The notes beneath the pieces were generated by a model. It worked only from the letters and a program-made list of their open reading frames with translations, was not told where the DNA came from and did no database searches. From an uncultured Bacteroidales bacterium (GTDB lineage Bacteria > Bacteroidota > Bacteroidia > Bacteroidales > UBA932), in the NCBI GenBank assembly GCA_944326255.1, contig CALVDG010000003.1:55167-119166 (forward strand): DNA of 64,000 bases, written 5' to 3'. The first letter of the stretch is position 1. Every line of letters begins with the position of its first letter. The translations under genes were made by a program, and so were the position numbers. This document shows positions 1 to 9,430 of the stretch, in pieces.

Positions 1-559
1 CGGCCTCTATATTGGCCGGAGAATCATCGATATACAGTGTCTCTTCGGGTACGATGCCCGAATCCTTTATCATCTTCAGGAATATGGCCTTGTCCGGCTT
101 CGCCAGCTTCATCCTATACGACAGATACAGCTTGTCAAAGAGTTCCTTGACATCATATCCCTTGTCCTTGAAGAGCTTGCGGCAGTATGCCATGCCTATG
201 GGATTGGTATTGCTGAGCAGCAGCATACGGTAGTCATTGCGGTAGAACAGCAGGGTCTCTATCTTGTCCTGTGGTATATCATTGAGAAAACAGTTTAGCG
301 AGTAGTCTATCTCCCTGTCAGAGATTATCTTCGGCTTACCGTCCTTGATAATGGCCGAATGTGTCCGGATAATCTGCCGGAACTGACGCGCTGATATCTG
401 CCCCGTCTCGAATTTCTCAAAGAAGCCTATCTGACGGTAAGACCTGAGTACCTCACCGAAATCCCGGTAGCCGACTATATCGTTGAATGCCCTGATACAG
501 GCGACACGGTTCAATGGGACTATCACTCCGCCCAGATCAAAAACCAGATTCTTAATCAT
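1..559 (-). CDS. HAD-superfamily phosphatase (YihX-like sugar-phosphatase subfamily); C-terminus lies outside the window
   Basis: Absent from the ORF track because it has no stop in the window. My minus-strand translation from ATG 559-557 reads MIKNLVFDLGGVIVPLN...LLLSNTNP...KLAKPDKAIF...LYIDDSPANIEA, giving HAD motifs I (FDLGGV), II (SNT), III (K) and IV (DD). Its ATG overlaps the TGA of mtnA (ATGA). Confidence 0.75.
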   Translation of the reverse strand, partial: MIKNLVFDLGGVIVPLNRVACIRAFNDIVGYRDFGEVLRSYRQIGFFEKFETGQISARQFRQIIRTHSAIIKDGKPKIISDREIDYSLNCFLNDIPQDKIETLLFYRNDYRMLLLSNTNPIGMAYCRKLFKDKGYDVKELFDKLYLSYRMKLAKPDKAIFLKMIKDSGIVPEETLYIDDSPANIEA

Positions 560-1641
560 ACTGTCAAGTCTTTAAGTTGTAAGTCTGAAAAATCGTACGG
601 ATATCTGAAGATACCCTTTTCCGTCACTATTCCGCTTATAAGCGAAGCCGGAGTGATGTCAAAGGCCGGATTGTAGACTTTGACACCGTCCGGGGCTATC
701 CTGTGCCGGAAATACAGTTCCGTCACCTCTTCCGCCTCACGCTGCTCCACGGGGATATCCTTCCCGGAAGCCGCAGAAGGGTCTATGGAAGATGTAGGTC
801 CAAGAATATAAAAGGGGATATGGTAATAGGAGGCGAGTATGGCCAGAGCCGAAGTTCCTATCTTGTTGGCAGTATCTCCGTTGGCAGCCACCCGGTCGCA
901 GCCGGTGAAGACCAGGTCTATCCTGCCCGAGGCCATCAGGGACGCGGCCATATTGTCACACTGGAGGGTCGCATCCACTCCGGCCTTGCTGAGTTCAAAT
1001 GCAGTAATACGCGCTCCCTGCATCAGAGGACGGGTCTCGTCTGCATATACGCGGGGAGCCATACCGCGGCTGTGAGCCAGATATACGGGAGCCAGAGCCG
1101 TACCGTACCTGGACACGGCATAATGCCCGGCATTGCAGTGTGTCAGAATCCCCATGCCGGGACGGTCTATCAGAGAGGCACCGTAGCCGGCTATCGAGCG
1201 GCACATGGCCATATCATCCGCCTTGACAGCCTCGGCTTCCCGACGCAGAGCGGACAGAATCTCCTGAACCGAACCGTCCTTGTGCGACTCCAGACAACGG
1301 GTCATCCTCTCCAGCGCGGCCGGAAGGTTCACGGCTGTAGGCCTGGCGGAGCCGATATATTCCTTTATCCTGTAAAATTCCGCGATAAACTCACTGCAAC
1401 TGAGAGACACAGCCCTGTTCTTATTGAACAACGAGACATACAGTCCGTATGCAGCGGCCACACCTATGGCCGGAGCTCCCCTGACCCGCAATTTGGCGAT
1501 AGCCTCATAGACCTCGTGCTCATCCCTGAGGGTAAGAAACCGCTCCTCTCCAGGCAACAGAGTCTGGTCGACTATCACCACTCCGTCACCCGCTGCGTTG
1601 AGCGCCACACTGTCGTATGTGAACAGACTGTCGAGCTGCAC
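556..1641 (-). CDS. mtnA: S-methyl-5-thioribose-1-phosphate isomerase (eIF-2B alpha/beta/delta-like family)
   Basis: 361 aa. Family-typical segments are LRVRGAPAIGVAAAYG, TRPLMQGARITAFEL, GCDRVAANGDTANKIGT and NPAFDITPASLISGIVTE. Confidence 0.85.
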   Translation of the reverse strand: MQLDSLFTYDSVALNAAGDGVVIVDQTLLPGEERFLTLRDEHEVYEAIAKLRVRGAPAIGVAAAYGLYVSLFNKNRAVSLSCSEFIAEFYRIKEYIGSARPTAVNLPAALERMTRCLESHKDGSVQEILSALRREAEAVKADDMAMCRSIAGYGASLIDRPGMGILTHCNAGHYAVSRYGTALAPVYLAHSRGMAPRVYADETRPLMQGARITAFELSKAGVDATLQCDNMAASLMASGRIDLVFTGCDRVAANGDTANKIGTSALAILASYYHIPFYILGPTSSIDPSAASGKDIPVEQREAEEVTELYFRHRIAPDGVKVYNPAFDITPASLISGIVTEKGIFRYPYDFSDLQLKDLTV

Positions 1642-1645
1642 GGCG

Positions 1646-2473
1646 TTACATCCTCTCTATCAATGCCGTAAAGACAGTCGTCATACGGTCTGCCGCCGCA
1701 TCCGCCGCCCTTACGACATCGTCTCCGTTGTTCTCGAAGTCCTCGGCATAGTCATCGTGAGCCTCATTCGTTATCACAGACATGCCGAACACCGGCACAG
1801 AGCTGTGGCGGGCCACTATCACCTCCGGGATGGTTGACATGCCTATCGCATCGGCGCCTATCATACGGAAATACTTGTATTCGGACGGAGTCTCATAGCT
1901 GGGGCCCGTTCCGGCCAGATAGACTCCTTTCTTCAGTTCTATGCCCTTTTCACGACCTATCTCCTCGGCAAGAGCGATCAACTTGGGATCATACGGACGG
2001 GTCATGTCCGGGAAACGCGGGCCGAACTCCTCCAGATTGGGGCCGATAAGAGGATTGGGCAGCTTGTTGATGTGATCCTTGATAATCATCAGGTCGCCCA
2101 CCCTGAAGTCGAAATTGACACCTCCGGCCGCATTGGAGACGAAGAGAGTCTTGATGCCCAGACGCACCATAACCCTTACCGGCAAAGTCACCTTTTCCAT
2201 GGGATATCCCTCGTAATAGTGAAAACGGCCCTGCATGGCCAACACGAATTTCCCGCCGAGAGTTCCCGCGATGAAGTTGCCCTTATGGCCTATCGCCGTG
2301 GATTTCACAAAATTAGGCACATCGGTGTAGGGTATCACCATCGGTTCCTCTATCCTGTCGGCAAGTTTGCCGAGACCACTGCCTAAGATTATTCCGACCT
2401 GAGGCTTCCGGCCTCCGAGGCGGGACTCCATATAGTCCGCAGCCTCGATTATAGCTGTCATTCTACTATCCAT
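1646..2473 (-). CDS. Purine nucleoside phosphorylase family 1 (PNP/MTAP fold); possibly a 5'-methylthioinosine phosphorylase given its neighbours
   Basis: 275 aa with [26 protein letters not shown] and [13 protein letters not shown], all typical of trimeric PNP/PunA enzymes. It is 1 nt downstream of the deaminase gene and 4 nt upstream of mtnA. Confidence 0.85.
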   Translation of the reverse strand: MDSRMTAIIEAADYMESRLGGRKPQVGIILGSGLGKLADRIEEPMVIPYTDVPNFVKSTAIGHKGNFIAGTLGGKFVLAMQGRFHYYEGYPMEKVTLPVRVMVRLGIKTLFVSNAAGGVNFDFRVGDLMIIKDHINKLPNPLIGPNLEEFGPRFPDMTRPYDPKLIALAEEIGREKGIELKKGVYLAGTGPSYETPSEYKYFRMIGADAIGMSTIPEVIVARHSSVPVFGMSVITNEAHDDYAEDFENNGDDVVRAADAAADRMTTVFTALIERM

Positions 2474-2474
2474 A

Positions 2475-3749
2475 TTATATTGAATTTATTTTCCTTATAA
2501 AACGTCCGGCTTCCTCCCTTGCGCGTGCCATCACCTCCTTCTCTCCGTCAACCTTGCCGCCCGACATCAGCACACGGCCATCGCAGATAAGCGTGTCGAT
2601 GCAGGAACTGTTGGCCGCATATATAAGATTGGCCTTGAAATTATGCTCAGGTATAAAAAATGCCGAATCCGTATCCACCAGTATCAGGTCCGCCAAGGCT
2701 CCTTCCTCCACGACACCCGAATTGAGCCCGAGCCCCTTCGCTCCGTTCCGTGTTCCCATAGCCAGCAGTTCGTCTACAGGCAGTGCCGCCGGATCCTCCC
2801 TCCAGGCTTTCTGCATCAGAGCCGCCGTTTTCAGGGCCTCCCTCATGTCCAGATTGTTGGACGAGCCGCAGCCGTCCGTACCCATAGTGACATTGGCTCC
2901 GGCATCCCGCAGTTCATTGTACAGGAAACGGTAACCTGAAGCCAGCTTGAGATTGGAATTTATATTGTGTACCACTGTAGTACCGGACTCTCCCAGCAGG
3001 CGGACATCCTCCTCACTGAGCCATAGAGTGTGGGCCGCCACGACATCCCTGCCGAGCAGTCCCATATCCGCCAGACGGCGGGTCGGAGACACTCCATAGC
3101 GGGCCGTATGCGACTCATTCTCCGAACGGGTCTCCGAGATATGCGTATGCAGCAGCAGGGAATGTTTCCTGACAAAATCCGCTGCCCAGAGCATATTGTC
3201 ATCACACACAGTATAATGCGCATGAACCGACACCCCGAACTGTACCCTTGGAGACCAGACCCGGGAAACCTCATACATGGCGGTACACTCCTCGCGCTGA
3301 CGTCTCTGCCTATCATTATCGCCTCCGTCGAGGAAACAATAAGTCAGATGCGCTCTCATGCCGCTGTCCTCCACCGCCTTGGCGGCCTTGTCAATCCTCC
3401 AGTACATATCGTTGAAAGACACTGTTCCGGTCTTTATCATCTCCAGACATGCCAGACGGGTCGCCCAGTAGATAAATTCGTCGTCCAGTACGGTCTCGGC
3501 CTTCCATACCGCGTCAAGCCATCTTGAAAGCGGCATATCCTCGCAGATTCCCCTGAAAAGAGTCATCCCAGAATGGGTGTGCATATTGACAAAGGCCGGC
3601 ATCACGGTCTTCCCGCCACCGTCCAGGACAGTATCCGCTTCCAGGTCAAGTCCCCGGCCGATACTGCTGATCACCCCCTCCTTTATATATATGTCGCAAG
3701 GAACTCCGTCCCTGACGACATTCCTTATAAGCAATGTTCCCATATTCAT
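2475..3749 (-). CDS. mtaD: Amidohydrolase, 5-methylthioadenosine/S-adenosylhomocysteine deaminase-like
   Basis: Metal-binding motifs [20 protein letters not shown] and GTDGCGSSN, at the ~425 aa length typical of MtaD/TrzA-type deaminases. The track start at 3761 is a TTG that lies inside a -7 promoter box, so I use ATG 3749 (an alternative is ATG 3743). Confidence 0.8.
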   Translation of the reverse strand: MNMGTLLIRNVVRDGVPCDIYIKEGVISSIGRGLDLEADTVLDGGGKTVMPAFVNMHTHSGMTLFRGICEDMPLSRWLDAVWKAETVLDDEFIYWATRLACLEMIKTGTVSFNDMYWRIDKAAKAVEDSGMRAHLTYCFLDGGDNDRQRRQREECTAMYEVSRVWSPRVQFGVSVHAHYTVCDDNMLWAADFVRKHSLLLHTHISETRSENESHTARYGVSPTRRLADMGLLGRDVVAAHTLWLSEEDVRLLGESGTTVVHNINSNLKLASGYRFLYNELRDAGANVTMGTDGCGSSNNLDMREALKTAALMQKAWREDPAALPVDELLAMGTRNGAKGLGLNSGVVEEGALADLILVDTDSAFFIPEHNFKANLIYAANSSCIDTLICDGRVLMSGGKVDGEKEVMARAREEAGRFIRKINSI

Positions 3750-3758
3750 CCATTCAGT

Positions 3759-3774
3759 CAAATTTACAAATTTA
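3759..3774 (-). promoter_or_regulatory. Tandem Bacteroides-type -7 boxes (TAAATTTG TAAATTTG) for the mtaD-PNP-mtnA-HAD operon
   Basis: The minus strand reads TTAAATTTGTAAATTTGACTGAATGGATG, with two adjacent matches to TAnnTTTG 10-25 nt upstream of the first ATG. Confidence 0.5.
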
Positions 3775-3868
3775 ATAAGAACTGCCCGAAATCCCTATAT
3801 TTTTCTTACAATATTCAACACCCTCATTAAATATTGAAAGCCCCGGGTTTATTTTGGTATAAAATTAG

Positions 3869-3876
3869 TATATTTG
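3869..3876 (+). promoter_or_regulatory. Bacteroides-type -7 box TATATTTG for the acyl-CoA synthetase gene
   Basis: Exact TAnnTTTG match 28 nt upstream of ATG 3904. The track's TTG start at 3874 is part of this box. Confidence 0.5.
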
Positions 3877-3903
3877 CAAAATTATAGAAGAAATTTTCAC
3901 ACA

Positions 3904-5970
3904 ATGATAACAAAAGAGTTAATCGCCCCCAAAAGCATCGTGGTAGTCGGTGGTTCAGACGACGTCCACAAGCCTGGCGGAGCCACACTTAAGAACCTGC
4001 TGGACACACACTATTCTGGCGAGCTGTATGTCGTCAATCCCAAATGCGACTCGGCTCAGGGAGTCAAATCCTACAGGGATATAGAGCAACTTCCCTCTGT
4101 AGACTGCGCGATACTGGCCATTCCGGCCAAGACCTGTCTCGCAACCGTAGAGACACTCTGCAACAAGAAGACCTGCAAGGCCATCATCATACTCTCTGCA
4201 GGATTCAAGGAGGACAGTGCCGAAGGTGCGGAGTGGGAAAGGAAGATAACGGAGGTCTGCAACTCCACCAACACCGCCCTCATTGGCCCCAACTGCGTGG
4301 GTGTGATGACCAGCCATTACATCGGTGCGTTCATCCAGCCCATACCTAAGATCAATCCCATGGGCGCAACCCTCATATCGGGTTCCGGCGCCACCATCGT
4401 ATTCATCCTTGAGGCGGCCATGCAGCTCGGCCTGCATTTCAACCAGGTATTCTCAGTCGGCAACTGCGCCCAGATAGGCGTGGAGGATGCCCTCGAATAT
4501 ATGGACGAGACATACGTACACGGCAAGAGCTCGCCCGTCATCATGCTTTACATCGAGAGCATGAACAATCCGGCCAAGCTGGCCAAACATGCCAAGTCTC
4601 TGATAGCCAAAGGTGCCAAGATAGCAGCCATCAAGGCCGGCTACAGCGAGGCCGGCAGCCGCGCGGCATCATCGCACACCGGTGCCATGGCTTCGCCCGA
4701 CAAGGCTGTCAACGCCCTGTTCCGCAAGACCGGCATCGTAAGGTGCTACAGCCGCACCGAGCTGGTAACAGTAGCGGCAGCCATGATGTATCCGGAGCCG
4801 AACGGCCGTAAAGTGGCGATTGTCACCCATGCCGGAGGTCCCGCCGTCATGCAGACCGACGTGCTCTCCTCCAACGGCATCGAGATACCCAGACTTTCCG
4901 GGCCCAAGGCTCAGGAACTGCTTGCAAGACTGTACCTGGGTTCGTCCACAGCCAATCCTATCGACTTTCTGGCCACCGGTACCGCCGAGCAGCTGGGTTA
5001 TATCCTGGATGCCTGCGAGAACGACTTTGACGTGGATGCCATCACCATCATATTCGGTAACCCCGGACTCAGTACGGTATACGACGTATATGACCTTATC
5101 AGTGAGAAGATAAGGACTTCCAAGAAACCTATATATCCCGTCCTTCCCTCTATCGTCAATGCCAGGAACGAGATCGAGGCGTTCCACGACAAAGGCGGTA
5201 TCAGCTTCCCCGACGAGGTGGCCCTCGGTTCAGCCATCGTCAAGATCATGAACCGTCCCAGGCCCATAGAAGACTGCACCCTGCCTCCCGTGGACAAGAA
5301 GATGATACGTGAGGTCATAGACGCAAATCCCAACGGATATCTGGCCCCCGACCAGGTTCAGCTTCTGCTGGACGCTGCCGGCATCAACCGCTCAAAGGAG
5401 TATGTCGTAAGCGAGCTCGGAGCTGCGCTTGAGGCCGCCAAGGAGATCAAATATCCCGTGGTGATGAAAGTCGTAGGACCCATCCACAAGTCGGATGTAG
5501 GCGGAGTATCCCTCAACATCACCGACGACACCACCCTGTCATCCGAGTTCTACAGGATGATGCGTATCAAGGATGCCACAGGCGTTCTGCTGCAGCCGAT
5601 GCTCAGCGGCACCGAGATATTCGTAGGAGCCAAGAGAGAGGACAAGTTCGGACATCTCATCCTCTGCGGTCTGGGCGGCATCTATGTAGAGGCCCTGCAC
5701 GACATCAACTGCGCGCTTTCTCCTGTTTCCACCGTCGAGGCCGACGAGATGATCCGCGGACTGCGGGCCATCAAGCTGCTCGAGGGCATCCGCGGCAAGG
5801 AAGGCGTCAACCTTACACTGTTCAACGAGGTTATCCGCAGGGTTTCCGCCCTCTGCGCGGCTGCTCCGGAGATCTTCGAGATGGACATCAATCCCCTGCT
5901 CGGCAACTCCAAGTCCGTCACAGCAGTGGATGCACGTATAAGAATTGAGAAATCAGACATTTCCAAATAA
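3904..5970 (+). CDS. ADP-forming acetyl/acyl-CoA synthetase (fused alpha+beta; acetate--CoA ligase family, NDP-forming)
   Basis: About 688 aa. It has an N-terminal CoA-binding domain (IVVVGGSDD...GPNCVG), a CoA-ligase domain, and a C-terminal ATP-grasp domain (YPVVMKVVGPIHKSDVGGV...DINPL). Confidence 0.85.
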   Translation: MITKELIAPKSIVVVGGSDDVHKPGGATLKNLLDTHYSGELYVVNPKCDSAQGVKSYRDIEQLPSVDCAILAIPAKTCLATVETLCNKKTCKAIIILSAGFKEDSAEGAEWERKITEVCNSTNTALIGPNCVGVMTSHYIGAFIQPIPKINPMGATLISGSGATIVFILEAAMQLGLHFNQVFSVGNCAQIGVEDALEYMDETYVHGKSSPVIMLYIESMNNPAKLAKHAKSLIAKGAKIAAIKAGYSEAGSRAASSHTGAMASPDKAVNALFRKTGIVRCYSRTELVTVAAAMMYPEPNGRKVAIVTHAGGPAVMQTDVLSSNGIEIPRLSGPKAQELLARLYLGSSTANPIDFLATGTAEQLGYILDACENDFDVDAITIIFGNPGLSTVYDVYDLISEKIRTSKKPIYPVLPSIVNARNEIEAFHDKGGISFPDEVALGSAIVKIMNRPRPIEDCTLPPVDKKMIREVIDANPNGYLAPDQVQLLLDAAGINRSKEYVVSELGAALEAAKEIKYPVVMKVVGPIHKSDVGGVSLNITDDTTLSSEFYRMMRIKDATGVLLQPMLSGTEIFVGAKREDKFGHLILCGLGGIYVEALHDINCALSPVSTVEADEMIRGLRAIKLLEGIRGKEGVNLTLFNEVIRRVSALCAAAPEIFEMDINPLLGNSKSVTAVDARIRIEKSDISK

Positions 5971-6137
5971 TGAACCCCTTCATCAAGCTCAAGAACTGGT
6001 ATACGGACCAGACACCTACCACCAAAGGATTCATCTGGATGGGGATTATCCTCATCATCGGGATAATCCTGCGCTGGGACTATATCAGCGAGCGGGTAGT
6101 ATCATCATTCGGATTCTTAAATTTCAATAACCAATAA
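5970..6137 (+). CDS. Candidate 55-aa single-pass membrane micro-protein
   Basis: Below the track's size cut-off. The ATG overlaps the TAA of the synthetase (TAATG). My translation is MNPFIKLKNWYTDQTPTTKGFIWMGIILIIGIILRWDYISERVVSSFGFLNFNNQ, with one clear hydrophobic helix. No homology claim can be made. Confidence 0.3.
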   Translation: MNPFIKLKNWYTDQTPTTKGFIWMGIILIIGIILRWDYISERVVSSFGFLNFNNQ

Positions 6138-6151
6138 CAAACACTAATTTT

Positions 6152-6373
6152 ATGGCAACACAAGGAGCTATTGTAGTAGACAAAGAGAGGTGCAAGGGCT
6201 GCGGCGTATGCGTCGTCAACTGCCCCACCGAGGCCATTGCCCTGTCCCATGAGGTCAACGGCAAGGGTTACAACTTCCTTTCTCTGGTCAATCCCGAGAA
6301 ATGCATCGGCTGCGCCAACTGCGCGACCGTATGTCCTGATTCAGTTATTACTGTTTATCGTGTTAAAATCTAA
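6152..6373 (+). CDS. 4Fe-4S dicluster ferredoxin (delta subunit of 2-oxoacid:ferredoxin oxidoreductase)
   Basis: 73 aa with two CxxCxxCxxxCP motifs (CKGCGVCVVNCP and CIGCANCATVCP). It is the first gene of the OFOR cluster. Confidence 0.85.
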   Translation: MATQGAIVVDKERCKGCGVCVVNCPTEAIALSHEVNGKGYNFLSLVNPEKCIGCANCATVCPDSVITVYRVKI

Positions 6374-6384
6374 ATTTTGAGAAT

Positions 6385-7458
6385 ATGGCAGAAAAGATTC
6401 TTATGAAAGGTAACGAGGCCATCGCATACGGAGCCATCGACTGCGGATGCGACGGATACTTCGGATACCCCATCACCCCCCAGTCCGAAGTGATGGAAAC
6501 CCTGATGAAAGTACAGCCTTGGGAGACCACCGGTATGGTAGTGCTTCAGGCCGAGAGTGAAACATCATCTATCAATATGGTATACGGCGGTGCCTGCTGC
6601 GGAAAGAAGGTCATGACCTCTTCTTCCAGCCCCGGTATCAGCCTTATGTGCGAGGGACTCAGCTACATCGCCGGTGCCGAGCTGCCCTGCGTAGTAGTGA
6701 ACGTGATGCGCGGAGGTCCGGGACTCGGAACCATCCAGCCCAGCCAGGGAGACTATTTCCAGGCAGTCAAGGGCGGCGGACACGGTGACTACCATCCCAT
6801 CGTCCTCGCTCCCGCCTCTGCTCAGGACATGTACGACTTCGTAGGCGAGGCTTTTGAGCTCGCATTCAAATACCGCAACCCTGCCATGATTCTCGGTGAC
6901 GGTGTCATCGGCCAGATGATGGAGAAAGTAGAGCTCCGTCCCGCCAAACCCCGCCGCACTGATGAGGAGATCCGCGCCCTCTGCGACTCCTGGGCCACCA
7001 TCGGCAACAAGGGCCGTCACGGCAACACCATCACATCCCTCGCCCTCGATCCTCAGGTACAGGAGAACTTCAACATCAAGCTCCAGAAGAAGTACGCCGA
7101 GATAGAGGCCAACGAAGTCCGTTACTCTACCTACATGACCGACGACGCCGAGTACCTCATCGTAGCATTCGGATGTATGTCCCGTATCGGAGAGAAAGTT
7201 GTGGAGCTGGCACGCGAGGAAGGCATACGCCTCGGTCTGCTGCGTCCCATCACCCTCTATCCTTTCCCCAAGAAAGAGATTGACTCTCTCGTTCCCCAGC
7301 TCAAGAACATCCTCTCTCTCGAGCTCAACGCCGGCCAGATGGTCGAGGACATCAGACTGATCGTCAACGGACGCATCCCCGTCAACTTCTACGGCCGTCA
7401 GGGCGGTATGATTCCTGACCCCGAGGAGATCCTGGAAGTCTTCAAAAAAACTATGTAA
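6385..7458 (+). CDS. 2-oxoacid (2-oxoglutarate/2-ketoisovalerate):ferredoxin oxidoreductase alpha subunit
   Basis: 357 aa. The N-terminus MKGNEAIAYGAIDCGCDGYFGYPITPQSE is typical of KorA/VorB. Confidence 0.9.
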   Translation: MAEKILMKGNEAIAYGAIDCGCDGYFGYPITPQSEVMETLMKVQPWETTGMVVLQAESETSSINMVYGGACCGKKVMTSSSSPGISLMCEGLSYIAGAELPCVVVNVMRGGPGLGTIQPSQGDYFQAVKGGGHGDYHPIVLAPASAQDMYDFVGEAFELAFKYRNPAMILGDGVIGQMMEKVELRPAKPRRTDEEIRALCDSWATIGNKGRHGNTITSLALDPQVQENFNIKLQKKYAEIEANEVRYSTYMTDDAEYLIVAFGCMSRIGEKVVELAREEGIRLGLLRPITLYPFPKKEIDSLVPQLKNILSLELNAGQMVEDIRLIVNGRIPVNFYGRQGGMIPDPEEILEVFKKTM

Positions 7459-7470
7459 CAAAAGGCAATC

Positions 7471-8235
7471 ATGATGGATATTAACGAAATAATCAAACCT
7501 GAGAACAAGGTTTACGGGAAAACCCCCATACTCAAAGACAACATCCTCCATTACTGCCCCGGCTGCTCCCACGGTGTAGTCCACAAGATCATCGCCGAGG
7601 TCATCGAGGAGATGGGCATCCAGGACAAGACCATCGGTATCTCCCCTGTAGGATGCTCCGTATTCGCATACAACTATCTGGACATCGACTGGCAGCAGGC
7701 AGCTCACGGACGTGCTCCCGCCCTCGCCACAGCCACCAAGAGACTGATGCCCGACAAATACGTGTTCACATACCAGGGTGACGGTGACCTCGCATCCATC
7801 GGTACCGCTGAGGTAATGCACGCCTGCAACCGCGGTGAGAACATCGTCATCATCTTCATCAACAACGCCATCTACGGTATGACCGGAGGCCAGATGGCTC
7901 CTACCACCCTCCTCGGACAGGTGACAGCCACCACTCCTTACGGACGTAAGGCCGAGCTCAACGGTTATCCCCTCAAGATTACCGAGCTCATTGCCCAGCT
8001 CGAGGGAACCTGCTACGTGACCCGTCAGTCCGTACAGAACCCCGCCGCAGTGCGCAAGACCAAGAAGGCCATCCGCAAGGCCTTCGAGAACTCCATGATG
8101 AAGAAGGGAACTTCTTTCGTAGAGGTGGTCAGCACATGTAACTCAGGCTGGAAAGTTCCTCCTGTACAGGCCAACAAGTGGATGGAAGAGAATATGTTTC
8201 CTTTTTATCCATTAGGGGATATGAAGGATAGGTAA
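7471..8235 (+). CDS. 2-oxoacid:ferredoxin oxidoreductase beta subunit (TPP-binding)
   Basis: 254 aa with YCPGCSHG and the TPP motif GDGD...NN (YQGDGDLASIG...IFINNAIYGMTGGQ). Confidence 0.9.
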   Translation: MMDINEIIKPENKVYGKTPILKDNILHYCPGCSHGVVHKIIAEVIEEMGIQDKTIGISPVGCSVFAYNYLDIDWQQAAHGRAPALATATKRLMPDKYVFTYQGDGDLASIGTAEVMHACNRGENIVIIFINNAIYGMTGGQMAPTTLLGQVTATTPYGRKAELNGYPLKITELIAQLEGTCYVTRQSVQNPAAVRKTKKAIRKAFENSMMKKGTSFVEVVSTCNSGWKVPPVQANKWMEENMFPFYPLGDMKDR

Positions 8236-8262
8236 TAATCGATTAAATATTTAGATAGAAAT

Positions 8263-8808
8263 ATGAAAGAAGAAATCATCATAGCAGGATTCGGAGGACA
8301 GGGAGTCCTCTCCATGGGCAAGATTCTGGCCTACTCCGGTATCATGCAGGATCAGGAAGTGGCATGGATGCCTTCATACGGTCCTGAAATGCGCGGCGGT
8401 ACATGTAATGTGAGCGTCATCCTCAGCGACAAGAAGATCAGCTCTCCTATCCTGAGCAAGTTCGACACCGCCATCATCCTCAACCAGCAGTCTCTCGACA
8501 AGTTCGAGTCAAGGGTAAAGCCCGGCGGTCTGCTCGTTTACGACCCCAACGGCATCACCCATCATCCCACCCGTACCGACATCCAGATCTATAAGATCGA
8601 TGCCGCTGACGAGGCTGCCAAGCTGGGTAACGCCAAGGCTTACAACATGATTGTGCTCGGAGCATTCCTGAAGGTTAAGCCCATCGTGAAGATGGAGAAT
8701 GTGACAGCCGGACTGAAGAAGTCTCTTCCTCCCCGTCACCACAACCTCATCCCGATGAACGAGCAGGCCATCAAGGTCGGCATGGAGGCCGTCGTAAAGG
8801 TGCGCTAA
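8263..8808 (+). CDS. 2-oxoacid:ferredoxin oxidoreductase gamma subunit
   Basis: 181 aa. IAGFGGQGVLSMGKILA is typical of the POR/KOR gamma domain. Confidence 0.9.
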   Translation: MKEEIIIAGFGGQGVLSMGKILAYSGIMQDQEVAWMPSYGPEMRGGTCNVSVILSDKKISSPILSKFDTAIILNQQSLDKFESRVKPGGLLVYDPNGITHHPTRTDIQIYKIDAADEAAKLGNAKAYNMIVLGAFLKVKPIVKMENVTAGLKKSLPPRHHNLIPMNEQAIKVGMEAVVKVR

Positions 8809-8828
8809 TCCGCTAAAACAGACTGTAA

Positions 8829-8874
8829 GGGAGATGTGTCGAAATGCAAATTTTGGCACATCTCCTTTTATTTT
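8829..8874 (+). terminator. Rho-independent terminator of the OFOR operon
   Basis: An 11-bp stem (GGAGATGTGTC / GGCACATCTCC, one G.U pair) with a 14-nt loop, followed by TTTTATTTT. It starts 21 nt after the gamma-subunit stop. Confidence 0.6.
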
Positions 8875-9413
8875 CCGCCCCTCTTCACTTTATGCCTCAG
8901 CTTCATCACAGCAAAATTCAGCTCAATCTCTGTCTCCGTCCCGTTCGTCTGCAGATCCTCACCGAAGAGGTCAGCCATGATGTCCCCGCTTCTCTGCATA
9001 AGGGACTTCTGCCCGTACTTGTCCGGACAGGCCGACAGCTCACCTATTGTCCGCGACAGCTCCCGCAGCTTGGCGAACGCCTCGATAATCGAGATAGTCG
9101 CCTCTATCGCCTTATCCCCCTTCAGAATAGTCGCCAGCATATACAGGCCCTTTTCCGTAAACGCTTTTGGCAGCACAGATGAATACTTGAGTTTATCAAG
9201 GCGGTCAAAATTTTTGACCACCTCCTGCTTTTCATCGACATCGAGCTGCAGTATATACCCATACGGAAATTTCTTCGGATTGTTTCTGACCGCCTGATTG
9301 ATCTCCTTTGTCTCTACTCCGTAAATCTCCGCCACCGCAAAGTCCAGGATGACATCCTGCCCTCTCAGGCGCACGATTTTGTCTTTAACCGACTTATTTT
9401 CCAATATTCCCAT
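8868..9413 (-). CDS. ORF6N (KilA-N-related) DNA-binding domain protein
   Basis: LRGQDVILDFAVAEIYGVETKEINQAVRNNPKKFPYGYILQL is the ORF6N signature. I moved the start to ATG 9413 because a TAATTTTG -7 box (9431-9438, minus strand) lies inside the longer track ORF. Confidence 0.75.
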   Translation of the reverse strand: MGILENKSVKDKIVRLRGQDVILDFAVAEIYGVETKEINQAVRNNPKKFPYGYILQLDVDEKQEVVKNFDRLDKLKYSSVLPKAFTEKGLYMLATILKGDKAIEATISIIEAFAKLRELSRTIGELSACPDKYGQKSLMQRSGDIMADLFGEDLQTNGTETEIELNFAVMKLRHKVKRGGK

Positions 9414-9430
9414 AGTATCTGATTTTGCCA

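Noticed and set aside
12-233. 73-aa plus-strand ORF at the window start.
   Set aside because: It is antisense to the clearly coding HAD phosphatase reading frame (minus strand, 1..559) and has no motif support.
3874-3903. N-terminal extensions from TTG starts in the ORF track (3874, 3761, 31224, 13473).
   Set aside because: In three cases the TTG is the end of a TAnnTTTG -7 promoter box, so it cannot be translated. At 13473 the first ATG instead gives the canonical RNase Y TM start. I used the first downstream ATG in all four.
5945-6130. 61-aa ORF overlapping the 3' end of the acyl-CoA synthetase.
   Set aside because: It overlaps the synthetase coding frame and its sequence is unremarkable. 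The alternative frame at 5970..6137, with TAATG coupling and a clean TM helix, is the more plausible small gene, though itself low-confidence.
6565-7821. Very long ORFs antisense to real genes. Examples: 6565..7821 (418 aa), 23216..24475 (419 aa), 53330..54607 (425 aa), 46570..47790 (406 aa), 54653..55606, 32118..33035, 43522..44460, 60618..61439, 703..1671 and 35280..36035.
   Set aside because: Each lies opposite a gene with strong motif-level identification. Their products are low-complexity and rich in R, G, H, V and L, with no recognisable motifs. Open antisense frames are expected when the sense strand has high GC3 codon bias.
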